The notes: generated by a model not told the origin, from the letters alone. A stretch of 58,465 bases of DNA, filler included, from Basidioascus undulatus (GCA_000826855.1; 7 parts of 7 records of this genome joined end to end with filler, not necessarily neighbours in it); one strand, 5' to 3'. Shown: positions 36,904-50,681, counted from the whole stretch's first letter. A program made the numbers and translations.

Positions 36904-37399
36904 TGCTGGAAGGATGGCTTTTCGGGTGGCGGAAGGAACGACGTGTTCTCAGATAGACGGTCTAGTTTGATCGACATGCATTAGAAATTCGTAGGCTATA
37001 AATTGACGTCTTGCACGTTTGCTGACTGTCTCTGTTCGAGTCAAATGGCAGGCGGCACTGCAAGGGAGTACAGACGTAAGCAAATTGCACCGGAAAGTGC
37101 ATGCTCTATGCTTTCGCGACACACTACGCGCCCCCACAGGTAATCGTTCAGCGCCTCTCCCTCGCTCAGTGTACTCGAGCACGTGTACCAGCATGAAGCA
37201 AGGCTCAACAGCCTCGCCGCGTCCGACCTCCGCCGCAGAACCTGCCCGCGAGAACCCGAACAAGCCCTTCCCAGCATCCACGGCGTCAATCTCAAACTCG
37301 CGCAAGAACTGCCGAAACCTGCTCCTTTGCTCATCGGTCACGACAAAACATGATGTTGTGTAGTGGATTAATGAAGGCAACCAGAAGTTCTTTCAACTA

Positions 37400-38293
37400 C
37401 TCATTGTCAATATAGGCGAACAAAGCCAAATATATGCATGGTCTGGCCCCAGCCCCATGGGAAGCTCCATAATAAGCCTGAGGGGGGCCGAGAGACAGAT
37501 AGCGGATATGTAGATGACGAGCGAGGAAGCTCGCAACTAAGCCAAGGTTGTGGTAGTCGAGCGAAAGAGTGTAGATGTAAAGCGCTACGCTTAGCGAAAG
37601 CCAGCTCGACGGAAGCCTTTCAGACTCCCCGTTGTCTATGAAGATTGAGCGGAGCTCAGTGGCAGCGATCAGCACGCCTTGGGAGAACGAGGCCAACGAT
37701 GGAATGGCGGCCATGCTCAGCAGAGCGTACCCATGAAACACAAGTCGTTCAAGAGTCCGGGAGAAGCCGATATTTACCGTATATACTCGCGGAAAGTGGG
37801 CCCTGAAAGCTTCCGCCTTGCCGCTCTTGATATCGCCGAAGTCAAGGCATAGAGATGTGAGCTGTGTGTGTGCGGCAATGGCACGGAGAAGCCAATCCAG
37901 TCATTACCTCGAGCGCGCTGGATGAGTTGGAAGGGAGCCCCATGCGGCTGAAAGAGCATATAAGATGAAGTGAATGAAGACTAGAGAGATTGCGAGGGAT
38001 CAACCCAGTCCTCCACAGTACGCCCATGCATGCGCATGGTACAGCCGCTGAGGCCCAGAGACACGGCATCGACTTTAGAGTAGAGATCCGTCCGATACTC
38101 AAGAGTCCGCGAGAGGAGGGCAAGCGAGACCAGTTTGTGCTCATGACGCTGATGGAGCGGTATAGCCTGGTTCCAACGATGGCGTGCAGGCGTCGGCAGA
38201 TAAGGGCAGAGCGTGCAGCGTGGAAGGCGGCGCGTTGCTCAGGATTGCGGAAAGCGTCTCAGTGGGAAGGTCAGTGAGGCTGGGATGAGCCAT
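37400..38293 (-). pseudogene. F-box-like protein, frameshifted
   Basis: MAHPSLTDLPTETLSAILS..TLHAL continues after a 1-nt frameshift (about 38207) as ALICRRLHAIVGTRLYRSI; downstream fragments are broken; 3' limit approximate. Confidence 0.65.
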
Positions 38294-39341
38294 ACGGGAG
38301 TAAGAGTTCGAAAGTACGGGTGAGCTTGACCGAGAGCGGGTACCGGGCAAGGGGTGTTGTCCAGTGATGATGGCGGAGGACAACCCAGTGGGAGTGTCTC
38401 TAGACGCGAGCGCGGTCGCCGCGGCTGTGCACCAGCCCGTTGGTCACCCGGTATAGCAAACGCCCAATGGAATGCGGCAAGGCTCTATGCAATAAAGTAT
38501 GTAGCATGTCATTTCTTGAACCCCTGCAGTTCCTCGGCAATCTTGGAAACACCTCGCAGCGTCGCATAGTCCGAAATCACGTCCTCCCACACTCTGCTGA
38601 TGTATCTACAGTTCTGGGATCGGATAGTAGAACTTGAGATACAGCAGCTGCTCGCTGTTTATGTATTCACTCCTTGCGCAGTGCGGCATAGTCAGCTACC
38701 TGTCACCGCAACCAGACCAGCTCGTCCCACTGCTACCGGGGAGTAATTAGACATTGATCCATTATAGGAGTCTTGTACCAAGTCTCTGTGGCTACTTCCC
38801 GGCTACTTGTAAGCATCTTGACCAAACCTTCCCTTGCGGCATGCGTCCACTGTCCGATGCATACGTACGTCCGTTCGGATGTCACCAGCTCCTCCTTTCA
38901 TCTACCCGCTCGCTCTTGTACAAGTACCCAGTTTCTATCCGAAACGGCGACTAACCACGCTATGTGTAGTTTAATCCATCCGACTCGAGCTTCGACCGTT
39001 GGTTTTGACCAGCAGACGACGGAAGAGCCGTCCAGTCGGTGAATTGGATTTGGCTTGAATGAATGTTAAATCCTCTCAATAACTTGCCGTTTTCTACTCC
39101 GGGTCGGCGCACCACTGCAAGCCTTTCCCTTTTTGGAGTTCATCCGCACGCCCTGAGCCTGGAAATCTAACCGGCCCCATGCTTGCCCTCGTTGCCTATT
39201 CGCCTACCTCCATGATCACACCTCCAGACTTTACCCAATACCGACGCATATCAGAGTCTTTGATGCTAAGCGAGTCTGCGTCGTCACTGGTCAGTCCCGC
39301 TTGCACAACTCAAATCCCCGCCAGCCAACGTTCCCGGCTCG

Positions 39342-40527
39342 TTTGCAGGCGTATGGCAAACAGGGAAAGGGGGACGGTGGAGCGCTTCAACAGAACCTTG
39401 GATATCTGTTTCGATAGATGTGCTATTGGGCAGTCCTTGTGGCTGGAACGGCGACCGTCAGGCGTTCCGGGAAGCTGAAGACGTGGGTCGCCCACTCCCG
39501 AGTGGACACTTCGACGAACAAGGGAACTACGACGGTAAAGGAGATTAAAACGTTATAAACTCAGGTGCGTTCCTCAACTCAATTCTATGCACAACCTCAA
39601 TGATCAAGCGGCGAGTTCAGGAGGTCCGGTAGGCGTTCGCCTGAGAGACGACTTGTTATCTTCGCTGTGCTTCGTCATGAGGGTAACTTGTTTACACCCT
39701 CTAATAATTGTTAGATAGTTAAATGAAAGGGTGCAGAAGGGTCTTAGACGCAGAGGTTAAGAACCGCGACAAGCGATGCGTGCTCACAAACCATCGAGCG
39801 GAGCACTGCGGCTTCATCGGACAAACGGCGTCGCACATCATTCAGCTCTCTGATATTGCCGGAAGCTCTACCTTCTATTTAGAGTCCTTCTATCTTTATA
39901 GTGATTATCGTAGGCTGAGACAGATTCTCTGCTTCAACAGATCTCCAGATACACGCCCTTTCTGGACCCGTGGCCGTGTCTCAAGGCCTCAATTGCCCTC
40001 AGAACGGCCTCCTAATGGAGGATAATCTGCATCAGCATTTAGTCAAGTATCACGTCTGTATAGGCCCCGATGTGCGTTTGCTAAACCGCCTGATGTTAAT
40101 TTCTGCTCACCCTGTCTTCACTCTCTTTCAGGACAACTGCCGCATCGTCTATTTCACCTAGATGAGCGAAACCTTGGAGCCAATCAACGTACCCAAAGGT
40201 GGCCCTTTGCCTATTCTCACATTGTATCCCCGGAACGTCGAAGCACACGAGCGCCCCAGCGACCATTTCCTCAGATGGTACTATGAGCAAGCCGTGCTGG
40301 CCAACATCCGCGGAAAAGGCAAGATTCTTCATCCATACTGTGACGTGAACTTTGAAGAAGGGGTTGTGGAGGTCTCCGACCCAAAGTGAACAACGGGCAT
40401 GGGAAAGACCGTGTTGGAGATGCAGGTGGCCAGCAGACTGTACGGCGCAGCTTTCATTGAGGACGATTTGAGCGACGCATCCCAGCAGCCTTTACCTAGC
40501 TTATATGTATGCGATATTTCTCAGTAA
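39342..40527 (+). pseudogene. Fungal HNH_2-type endonuclease-domain gene, disrupted
   Basis: FAGVWQTG..TVERF..LDICF N-terminal part, VKNRDKRCVLT..ASHII, LNCPQNGLLM..LH, DNCRIVYF, RPSDHFLRWYYEQAVLANIRGKG; in-frame TAG at 40159-40161 and TGA at 40387-40389, plus a frameshift. Confidence 0.8.
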
Positions 40528-41432
40528 TTTCAGGTACTTTTATGAAACTCTTCACCTGGTTAGCGGCCTTCAGCACTTGTGCTTTCCGGGTCTGCATCCC
40601 CTTGCGCCTGCAGAGCAGCCAGGCCCGCTTGCTGTCTTCTTGAACGTCCATTGCCTACTTACTGCCTAACATTACAGATTACAGATTTATTAACCGATAT
40701 GGTCAGCGCTAACTTAACACAGATTTTAGAGTCATAATGCAGATTACTTCTACCGAGCCAAGAACCGGCGACAGCCAATCCAGAATTCAATGGCCCAATC
40801 GTGATGGAAAACACAGTCTCTGCAAGGGTGTCATGTGAGGAAGGCGAATTTCCTAGATGAGGCGACAGGCAGTCGAGGTCGGTTCGCTGCGAACTGCGAA
40901 CTGCGGAGGAATGGACGAGCTGCGGCTCAGCAGCGGACGACATAATGAGCTCCATGAACTTCGTGCTTGTAGTCTGGTGCATGCCCTGCATGGTGACATC
41001 TACATGTCCAAACCACTCGTTATACAACTTGTGGTTGTGAAAGACTGCTGCGGCGCTGCTGCGACTTTCCCACTCTGTCATCGTCGCGCCCAAGTCGGAC
41101 CCCCCTCCCGCAACGCGCATCACAAACGCAAGCGCGCAGCACACAGACGCAGCACGCCCAGCAAGTAGGTAAATATATTGGATGTCATCTCATGTGCGCA
41201 TGAGGTAGAGTATCGCGTCGCATTCGAACTAATTAACGTAGGCATAAGTGTGAGAATGCCCGAGACTAAAAGGAGCGTCGAGTAGCTGTGATCGCAATGC
41301 AGCAGGAAGGGACGAAGGTAGGCACTGTGTGTACGGGTATATGGTTTTGTGACCGGAGATCGGGTAGGAAGGCAGGAGGGAGAAGGAAGGGAGAAAGGGG
41401 AATGTCCTCGAATAGATTATGGAATGTGAACA

Positions 41433-41500
41433 TGATGGAATGATGGGATGTGTGGTGGAATGATGGGACGTGTGATGGAATGATGGGATGTGTGATGGGA
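41433..41500. repeat. 20-bp minisatellite, about 3.4 copies
   Basis: Unit TGRTGGAATGATGGGAYGTG at 41433, 41453 and 41473, plus a partial copy. Confidence 0.9.
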
Positions 41501-41758
41501 GGAGGCAAATCAATACGCAGTTGAAAATGAGCAGGAAGGGGAAGGGAATAGAGGACAAAGTCAAAAGTCAATGGCAAGAGTGAACGATGGAAAGATGAAT
41601 AGGCAATAGAGTGGATTGACAAACGTGAAAGAGTCCATATGCGAGTTTGAGGTGAACGCTCGAAAGGTGTTCGAAGTGTCGAAAGTTGAAACGAAGTGTC
41701 TGTCCTCATCCCATCCATCAAGTGATCCTCCTCCCCATCCCCCCTCCCCCATATTCGC

Positions 41759-41783
41759 TCACACGTCCCATCATTCCACCACA
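41759..41783. repeat. Perfect 25-nt inverted copy of 41451-41475 at the contig end
   Basis: TCACACGTCCCATCATTCCACCACA is the reverse complement of TGTGGTGGAATGATGGGACGTGTGA. Confidence 0.9.
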
Positions 41784-41883
41784 NNNNNNNNNNNNNNNNN
41801 NNNNNNNNNNNNNNNNNNNNNNNNNNNTTAATTAATTAANNNNNNNNNNNNNNNNNNNNNNNNNNNNNNNNNNNNNNNNNNNN
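41784..41883. other. Artificial contig spacer
   Basis: N44-TTAATTAATTAA-N44. Confidence 0.99.
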
Positions 41884-44510
41884 GCCGGCGCGCGAATTGA
41901 AGAGGTTCCGCGATATCGTGTCGAAGCCGAAGAGCGAGGTGGGCGTCTTGGGACGGGCCGACGACGGCGTGCCGGGGCCGGACGCCCGGCCGATCGCGGC
42001 GGGGCGGTAGTCGTACAGACCTTGGCCTTGGACTGTGGCGAGGTGGGTTGGATGGTGAGTGTGGGTCAGAAGACGAATTGAGACATAGCGAGATGCGCAC
42101 TGTGGTAGACCATCCGCTTGATCACCTCTTCGATGGCGACAATTTCCTGATCGCAATCATCGGGATTGCGCACGGTCGTCGTGAGTCTGAGTGCAAGGAT
42201 AAGTCAGCTGCGCCGAAGTGCCAGTTCAGAACAGCGACACCCGTACCTGCACAGCCTCCCCGCGAGCGGCTGCGCGCGGAAGACGATATGCGGCGAGTCT
42301 GTCTCGTCGACGCCGACCTCGATGGGGTCCGCCTCGCTAACGGGGTCGATGTGCAGCACCGCTCTGCCCTTTCTCGGCTCGGAGAACCACCTCTCGCGGC
42401 CCTCCCACAAGTTCCAGAAGCACCTGGCGAAGCCCTTTCCGCGGCCGGCAGCCAGCCCGCCCGAGACGAGGGGCTCCCAGCCCTGGCCGACGAGCGCGCG
42501 GCAGCGGCCGGCGAGGACAGGGCGGAAGAGCGCCTGCGCGCGCCAGAGGTTGGAGAGGAAGCGGAGTTTGGGCGGGTCGGGCGAGAGAGGCTCTGACGCG
42601 GAGAAGGTCGGGGGTGGGATCGAGAGGTGCCGTGAGAGTCGCGAGAAGCGCTCTTCGTCGGTTGGGGGGAGAGTGGGGAGGAGGAGGCCGATCTCTGCAG
42701 GACAGGTCGTTCAGCCTTAGTTGCCTGCAGTAACAAAGCCAGCTCGAACACGCACCGTCCTCAGCCAAGTCGGTCCCCACAACGTCCCACACGTCCACGA
42801 CGCCCTTGCACACGAGTTGGCCCCTGCTGGCGCTCCTCGCGCGCGCAGGCGTCGCCTTGGCCGCGGCCTTTTCGAGGTCGTCCAAGCCCGCGAGCTTGCG
42901 CCCACGGCTCTGCGCGTTCGGCCGGCGCACGATCATGAGCTTGTCGGTGAAGAGGAAGAGCGTGCAGGGGATGGGCTGCTCGGGGTGCGATGAGGGCGAG
43001 GCCGCGGCCGCGAAGGGCGAGGGGAGGTCGTCGACGTCTAGGCAGTCGATGAAGGCGCGGTTGTGGGAGATGAGGTTGGGCTGTGGTGTAGGCGGTCAGA
43101 ACCTTTGAACCGAACTTTAAGAAAGCAGAGCAGACGCACCGGGAAGTCCTCGATCGCGCGCTGCAGGGCGTACATCGTCTGCGCCCGCTTCGTCGTCTCG
43201 TCCGTTTCGCAGGCCGCAATCTGGCTCGCGACCGCAATGGCCTTCTGCAGCTTCGTGCGCTGCGGGTCGGCCGCGGGGAGATGGCGGATCATGCCTGGAG
43301 CAGAAGGAAATGAGTGGAGCGGGCGAAAGCAGGACAAAGTCTGGATATGCAACTTACCCTCGAACAGGAGCTTGTACCGCGGGATGCGCTGCACAGGCTC
43401 CATCAGCAGCTCGCGCAGGCCGACGTTGTTCATTCCCGAGGTGGTGAATTTTGTGCGCTGTGGATGCCAACGTCAGATGGTCCTCCTTTATTCCCATGGC
43501 GCCTTTGATGACGCACGTCGATAAAGTCGGAGAAGGTGCGTTTCTTCATCAGATCGCGCTCGAGCTGGGATGCCTTGTCGCGGTTGATATAGTACGACGA
43601 GTAGCAGGAGAAGTTGGGCATCTGCGAAACGCTTTCAGCGCCAGCCCACTCATTCCAATGCTGCGGAGAGCGCGGAAAGAGACTCACATGCCGCAAACAA
43701 ATATCGCCAATGTCGCCGTCGGGCCCGAGCGACTCCAAGTCATGCAGGAACGCCTGGTTGACGGGGATGAGCGTGTCGAGGTTCCCGAAGAGCGTGTTGG
43801 CATCGTAGGCGGAGATAATGGCCGTGTCGCGATGTCGCGCGAAGTTGCGGAGGGGGTCAGCATAGTGCTGCCATGCATGGTAAGGTTTGAGCGTGTGAAG
43901 ATCGATCTTGGAAGAGCAAGAGCGCGGGACTGGAACGGGGACGGCCAGAGCGACAACGCACCTGCTTCAGAGCCTTCAGGCGCCGTACGTAAGACGCCTC
44001 GGTGCTAATCAGCTCAGTGCACTGTTGGAGGTAAGCAGGGGTAGGGTATGCTGTTCCAGAGGATTTCGGGGGCAAGGGCGGCTGTGAGGTCGGGACAGTG
44101 TAAGCGCGGAGACCCTCAACGGCGATTGCAAGATAGACATTACAAGATATTGATTGAGGTCATTCGCGCTGTTGGACCGCGAGATCCCTCCTGAGGAATT
44201 TGCGAGGTTCGTGGTCGCGTCGAGCGCCTCGCCGAGCGAAACGAGCAAGTCTTGGATCTCTGTTGTGCGAAGCACCGCCCCTTCGCGCCTCAGCTCGCGC
44301 TCGTCCCATCTCCACATCTTCACCCTCATAAGCACCTTCCGTAGGACCTTCCCCCTCATTCTCCAGCACCACATCGCAGAAAAACGCCTTGCGCTGGGCC
44401 TTTGGCCCATCGCTGGTCTTCGGGCGTGCGGGCGCGTCCTTGGAGCCCAGCGAGAGCGAGAGCGGTCCGCCCGGCGACTTGCGCGGGGAGAGCAGGCCGA
44501 ACGCCATCAT
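41884..44510 (-). CDS. Dbl-homology RhoGEF (multi-exon, 3' part off contig)
   Basis: ELISTEASYVRRLKALKQ|HYADPLR, LFGNLDTLIPVNQAFLHDLE, GLRELLMEPVQRIPRYKLLFE, FP|PNLISHNRAFIDCLDV, CTLFLFTDKLMIVRRP. Confidence 0.9.
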
Positions 44511-47500
44511 CGTTGTCGTCCCGGTCGACAAATAGTTGGGAATGCTGCTGGAGATGGTGATGCGGACGAGGGCCAGGTGGTTGTGGAAGTTGAGGTGATG
44601 AGGAACGGGGAGAGCAGAGGTTGGAGAGCGACTCATCGGGCGCGTCGAAGTCAAACGCGTCTGATACACGTGACTGTGAGCAGTGCTGCAGCCAGGCGCC
44701 GTCAATCAATCTGGGAAATTGTTGCTCAGGATGGGTGTATTGAGATAGTCTTGCTAGGTTGAAAAAGGTTACTTGAAGTGAAATGCACTTGTTCAAGCCC
44801 GCCAAGGTACAGAGCCGGGAGTTTGCGCAGCCCGCTGGTGAAGCCTTGAAACTGAATCATGCGCTATCAGACGCATCCGTCTCTCATCAATACACTCTCA
44901 TATTCTCATGGCAATGCAACACAGAGGGGTTGTGTTTATCACATGGTTTACATAGCAGGAAACTTCCCAAGTTTCATGCACCGCTGTGAAACAGACTTGC
45001 CAACGTGTACAGACATCCTTCTCCCTCAACCGGCCACGTATAAGAAAGGCGAGTAAGATGAACTTAAAAAAACAAAGCATGGGCTAGCTTGTCTGTTACA
45101 TGTGGAAAGCCGGTACAGCCAGCGCCGCCGGAAGAGCTGGGAGCTGGAAAGCCGGAGAGCAAGGAACCGTTGGGGCGCCTGGTGGCCCTCTCATTGTCCT
45201 TTGTCCCTTCACAAGCCCAATAATTGAATCATCTACATAATTTTAACCAACTTTCACGTATTATCGGTCACTTCTCACAGACGACGATGACTATGAGCAG
45301 CCACAGGCAGGGGTGGCAATGCGAGGATGAGAAGACTTCCCTTGGCTGCAAAAGACCCTGCTAAAGATCGCAAACACTTGAAGAGTTTTCGTTCCTGTTA
45401 TTACATCCGAACACTTATATCATAGAAAGCAGGTGATCGCTCTTGAAGCGGGCGTCAGTCCTTCCACTGTACTGCTGCGCGACGACAGATCTGCCATAAC
45501 AAAGCCGAGATTGGCGAAAAGGGACATGGGCATGTCCTTATGATCCTGATTATGTGAGATCCTATAACAGGACCCCGTTACACAGGCCCACTGGTTCCTC
45601 GTCACGGCCAGTGGAACTACTAGCATATCGTAGGTGCTGAACAATAGGAAATGAAACGGTGCCGATGCGTCACTTCGGATCCCACTTCTGCACTCGGACG
45701 GCCTGAACAACTAAGATACCACGCAGTGGAAAGGATTGTATTATTTGAAAAGTTTTCGTAACGTAAACGATACCCAAACGTCCCCCAGCGTCCACGACCC
45801 GCCTTCCACTACGAACCCAAGCATACAGCCCCGCCGCTCACACAGATTTTGAAGCCCAACTCTGACTGTCTACCCCCTGTGCTCCTCCGGCTCTGGAATG
45901 GGAAATACGACGCTCCGAGCCCTATGCGGAAAAGCAAACTGAGGACTGGCGGGCGAAGCTGGAGCAGAACCCGCTGAGCGCGTGGACGCAGCGTACACCG
46001 AGGTGGAACTGCAGAACTGCCCTGAACAGTGACTAGGCTTCCCTCGAGCGGAGAAGGGAGGAGGAGTCCAGGGTCGAGGAATCTTTCCGGTGGCGATGAG
46101 GGTCGTCTGATCGAACGTGTACAACAGAGACGTGAGCACCTTCGCTCGAATGGGAAAGCAGAGAAGATTGCTTACCCCCCTTTCTGCACCCCCTGCTGTG
46201 CTCGCACCGTATCAATCTCGAGGTTGAGGTTCGTTCGGACGAGCGCCGCGGGCTCCATGGCCTAGCGCGTTCGAGGTCGAGAGAGTGCAGCTCAAAACCG
46301 AGAGGGTTGGGTCGCTTGCGGGGTCGCTGGGGGCGCTCGAGACTGAGCGGAGCGGATCTGCAATAGAGGCTTCCGGCGGAGTGGGGAGAAGGCAAGTCGG
46401 CGGACGACGAGAAGACCAAAATGAAAACATGCTAGCTGAGGAAGCTGCGCAAGAGGCTGCGTCAAAAGCAATGCCTTTGAAAGTCATTGGCGTCTGTCCG
46501 GCAGCAGGGTGCGCCAACACAAGGGATCGTCAGCACAGACCTTAGTGAGTCTCCACTACTTATCGTCTCCTCGCAGAAGTTCTCGATAGCCCTTCTCAAC
46601 TGGTCAAGGGTTAGCCCTTTCGGGTCTGTTTGGAGGCCGCCGACCGTCCTTTCGTCCAGAGGAGCTGGCGCTCTCTGAAACACATCCTGTCCACTCTTTG
46701 AACCTGATGGACTAATAGTTCCATTAGTAGGAAGCAGAGGATTTTACATGAAACTACGCTCACTGAACCCCTTATCAGCTTCGCTCGCGTTCAGCCCGCT
46801 GGGTGGAGTGCCGGCGGATTAGGACTGCGATGATCTTCACAACGCTGCCGCACGGGGCACAGCGGAGCTGGTCTCGATCTCCGCAGTGCACAGCCTTTTC
46901 ATTTTGAGAACTCTCTCCGCTGTTCAACCACGCACGTTCGTGGTCCAGAAACTGGCAGCAGCGGGCAGGGCTCCTCGGAGACTTCGTTGCGCAAAGACGA
47001 AGTGCGTGCGCGTGAGCCAAATCGTTGGGCCCGGCCGGCTAACCCTCGTCGACGCCGAAGTCGGAGTTCATTCATACATGTAGCTCGAGCGAGATACTCG
47101 GTCGGAATGATTGGTAGAAATATATAATAAAAAACAGGTTTCACCACCGATAGCAGTCGGCGTGTGTGAGAGCATCGAGGTCAAAACGTCGATGGAAGTC
47201 TGGAATACAACTAGTGCCATCCTCACGACTCTCCGGTTGCATCTCGAAAAGGGAACGCCCCCTCACGGGCCCTGCCTCGTGCTTCAGCTGGATCCGTTGC
47301 GTGCGCATACAGCGAAAAGCTTTGAGGTGCACACGGCAGTCGAACTCCGTGAGCCGCTGCCATCTCTCCCTACAATGGCTTTTGGAGCACAAAATAACAT
47401 CCGGACTTACCAGGCTCTCTTTCCCCTCATCTTCACATCTCACACCGACCAACTCTTACCTGCTTGTACTAATCTATGAGCGTTCCCCGCCCCACCCCGC

Positions 47501-49128
47501 ACACCTGGCCCGTCAAGAAGGGCGGGTCCTTAAAGGGGCCTGGAGGATAAGACAGTCTTCCGGAGAACAGGACTAAATACGAAGAGGGGAGCGAAGAGTA
47601 TGTCTGGAACTTGATTCTTCTTTCTCCCCGACATCTATTCTCTGACTTCCTGCCCGCCTTCCCATTAGGCAACCGGCGCCCTTTCCTTTGGCCAGCTGCG
47701 CCCTCCACTGCCGAAATCCTCCATCCTTCCCTCGATCCATCACATACACCACTCGAAATCTTCAAGGTGTCCCGCCCGGCGAGAAAGGCTTCGACGTCTC
47801 CAACGACACCTCCCGCTCGCTCTTGATCTCAACCGTCTCGGCCCCTGCATCCGTTGTCGACCTTTCCTCTTCGCCACCGCCCAGGTCTCGAGCCCGCGCG
47901 AGAGCGCGCCCGCGTCCTCCAGTGGGGAAAGTCGACACAGGAGGGGTTATGTGGGGATACGTTCCCCCACCGCCTCGGCTTGCCCACGCCGCCTCGCAGC
48001 CGAAAGCGCCTCGCAGCGAACGGCTGAAAGCGGAGGAGACTGAGCGGGTGCGCGAGTTGGTGAGGTAGGAGTTTGAGAAATTCACCTTACATTCGAGCTC
48101 GGAGCTGAGCCCGCATCAGCTCCAGCAACACCGCGCCGGCTCATCGTCCTGGATCGGCAGGACTGCGAGCGCGGGGCGCAGGCCGTCACCGCCGACCCTC
48201 CTTCCACCTGGCGACCTGACTCCCCTCCAACACCTGCCGACTCCCTCACGTTTCGTCGCAGGCTCTCCCTCGTCCCTGCTGAGCCCACTGCGACATGGGC
48301 TCCCGAGCCGCCAATGACGCCGCCGTGTGATGCTGAGCCTTTCTGGGAGGGAGAACTGCAGGGCCAGACGGAGGAGAAAGGGCGGAAAAAGAAGGGGGGA
48401 TCTCGGAGAATTTTGAAGAAGTTGGTGGGAAAGGTTGGAGTCTGATGTTGTTGATTCTTCCTTGCAGACATTCAGCATGCGTAGTACTGTTTACTGGCGT
48501 GGGGACATTTCATAGCTTTCGCTTTTCTCCAACCGTGTTTGTTTTGTTCCGTAGTGCACCAGCCTGCTCTTACCAAATTTTTCTCTCGCACCTCGACATT
48601 TTCTTCAGAGGAGTCTCCTTTATCAAGGCTTCACAACCTGCGCTTTGCGTGTAGCCTTCGTCTCTCACACTAGATGGTTTTCAGTAGTCGCAGGAACGTG
48701 GTTGGTTTTGCTTCCAGACCCCAAACACGACCCGTCACATTTTTCAGAGGAGTTTCGGGACACCCAAATCTGGGATGCTTTGGCGCCGAGGGCGATGTGC
48801 ACAGAGGGGGATCGCACAGAACTACAGCCCACGAAACCGATTGCATATTCTTTTCAGCTTGTAATCGACGCTCACCTGATAGGGGAGATCTATCACCGAG
48901 TGCTGCACAAAAGCAAGGTCAACGACCGTTTAGGCTGTGACGCTGGCATAAAGAAGTCCCCCTTGTGGGCGCTGACGGGCGTGCACGTCTGCTTTTGGAA
49001 GAGTCGGCTTGCGCATGTCAGGCGAAGAGTACTGTTGTTTCTTTCAGAGGAGAGACAACATTATGCGAGAATATGGTGGGCTGCTTTCGCTTGTTACCAG
49101 CGCTGCTACAGAATGACCAGATCAGCAA

Positions 49129-50125
49129 TCACATTGCACCGCCGTTGGCATGAGCACCGCTCGGTCCAACAGTGTCCCCACCCACAAGCGAAGACCACAG
49201 CGAAGCAACGTCCGCCTCTCTTCCATCAGCCCAAGCCGTCCAGTCCCCGCCGAAGCCAGAAAACAAGGTCAGGTCGAAGAACGAGAACGGGTCGAGATTC
49301 TGCTCCGCGTGCTGAGCGAGCGCTGACGGCTGCTGCGGCTCGGGCACCGTCCGAGGATTGTTCAAAGCCGCGTCGTCGTCCCACCACCCGCGCTGCGCGC
49401 AAATATTGCGCGAGCACCACGCAGGCCAGCCGCCGAGGTCCTTCAGGCGGACGAGCAGTCGCTCTACATCGGCCATGTAGCCCTCCTTCAGCGGCAACTG
49501 GATGCCCGTGTGCCTCGCGTACGAGCGCGTATGGAGCAGCGTGCCGAGCACGAGCGTGATTGCAGTGTGTGTGTGGTTCGGTACGCGCGCGAGGTCGAGC
49601 GCTAGCGCGGCGAGCACGGCTGCGCTTTCGGCTCGGACCAGCATCGCGCCCGTGTACCAGTACGACGGTTCGCGCACGGTAGGATGGAGGGGGAAGGGGA
49701 GGAGCCGGATGCTGGACGTCAGGCGGAGCGATAGGAGCATTTGCGCGAGGTACGAGTCGAAGTAGAGCAGGTCGAGCGTCGGATGAGGCGTCCGGTCGGG
49801 CAGCTCACCTAAGGAATGAGAAGCAGTCAACGAAACCAAGGCAGCAAACGGAGAAGATGTATAGAGTACGCACTGCTCAGTTGGTCGATCTCCGGCCTCC
49901 ATATGTCCAAAAATGACCCGAGCCTCTCGAAGGCGTCCCTAGCCTTATCGATACAATCACCGACGAATCTGCTCGTCTCCATGCGCTCGATTGCCTCGGC
50001 GACGTCGAGCACGGTCGAAAGCAGGCGACTCTCGAGACAGAGGCGACGATCGGTCAGAGCATGCTGCGAGGACGGTGGAGCAGACGTGTCAAAAACGACG
50101 TGGGCGGGCGGGTCGGGAAGAGTCG
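49129..50125 (-). CDS. C-terminal part of a hypothetical protein, possibly a fungal transcription factor (partial)
   Basis: Two GC-rich exons joined by an intron near 49808-49875; helical region followed by an acidic/aromatic tail (LDPFSFFDLTLF..DWTAW) typical of activation domains. Confidence 0.55.
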
Positions 50126-50225
50126 NNNNNNNNNNNNNNNNNNNNNNNNNNNNNNNNNNNNNNNNNNNNTTAATTAATTAANNNNNNNNNNNNNNNNNNN
50201 NNNNNNNNNNNNNNNNNNNNNNNNN
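50126..50225. other. Artificial contig spacer
   Basis: N44-TTAATTAATTAA-N44. Confidence 0.99.
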
Positions 50226-50644
50226 GGGTGGGAGACGAACTTGCGGGGGGTGAAGGTGAGGGGATTCTTGGATCGCCGATGCGGATGACAGTTGGGGAGA
50301 GATGGGGCTGGCGGGGGGAGGAGGACTAGGACTACTGGGGTGGAAAGTTCGCGCAGCATGCAGCAACGCGACTTCGGGGCCAAATGTACTAGGCAAGCTG
50401 TTTATTCAAGGGAGACAACCTCGCTCCCATTCGCGTAAATACGTAAATACTATGCCTCTCGGAAGCGCACGCACAAATCTTGACGGTGGCAGAAAGCAGA
50501 CGTTCTCCGGCTTCGTGTCGGCCCAACGCCCCAGCCAGTTATCTAAGACTTCCTCAATATTTCCACTGCGGTTACTGTTTGGTAGCAAATGATAAAGTGG
50601 ACGTCGGGTGACAGCGCGCCAGCTCGATGTCGGGAGTACAGGAG

Positions 50645-50681
50645 TGGCAGTCTGGCAGTCTGGCAGTCTGGCAGTCTGGCA
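50645..50681. repeat. 8-bp tandem repeat (TGGCAGTC), 4.6 copies
   Basis: Read directly from the sequence. Confidence 0.9.

Noticed and set aside
39368..39402. GTVERFNRTL resembles a retroviral integrase catalytic Glu motif
   Set aside because: No other integrase, RT or LTR features nearby; it fits the N-terminal region of the HNH_2 gene.
44800..49100. Scattered ORF fragments upstream of the RhoGEF
   Set aside because: No recognisable motifs or consistent exon chain; may be decayed genes but cannot be supported.
50645..50681. Short tandem repeats (here, 25174-25260, 41433-41500) as CRISPR arrays or telomeres
   Set aside because: No unique spacers or cas genes, not TTAGGG-like, and few copies.
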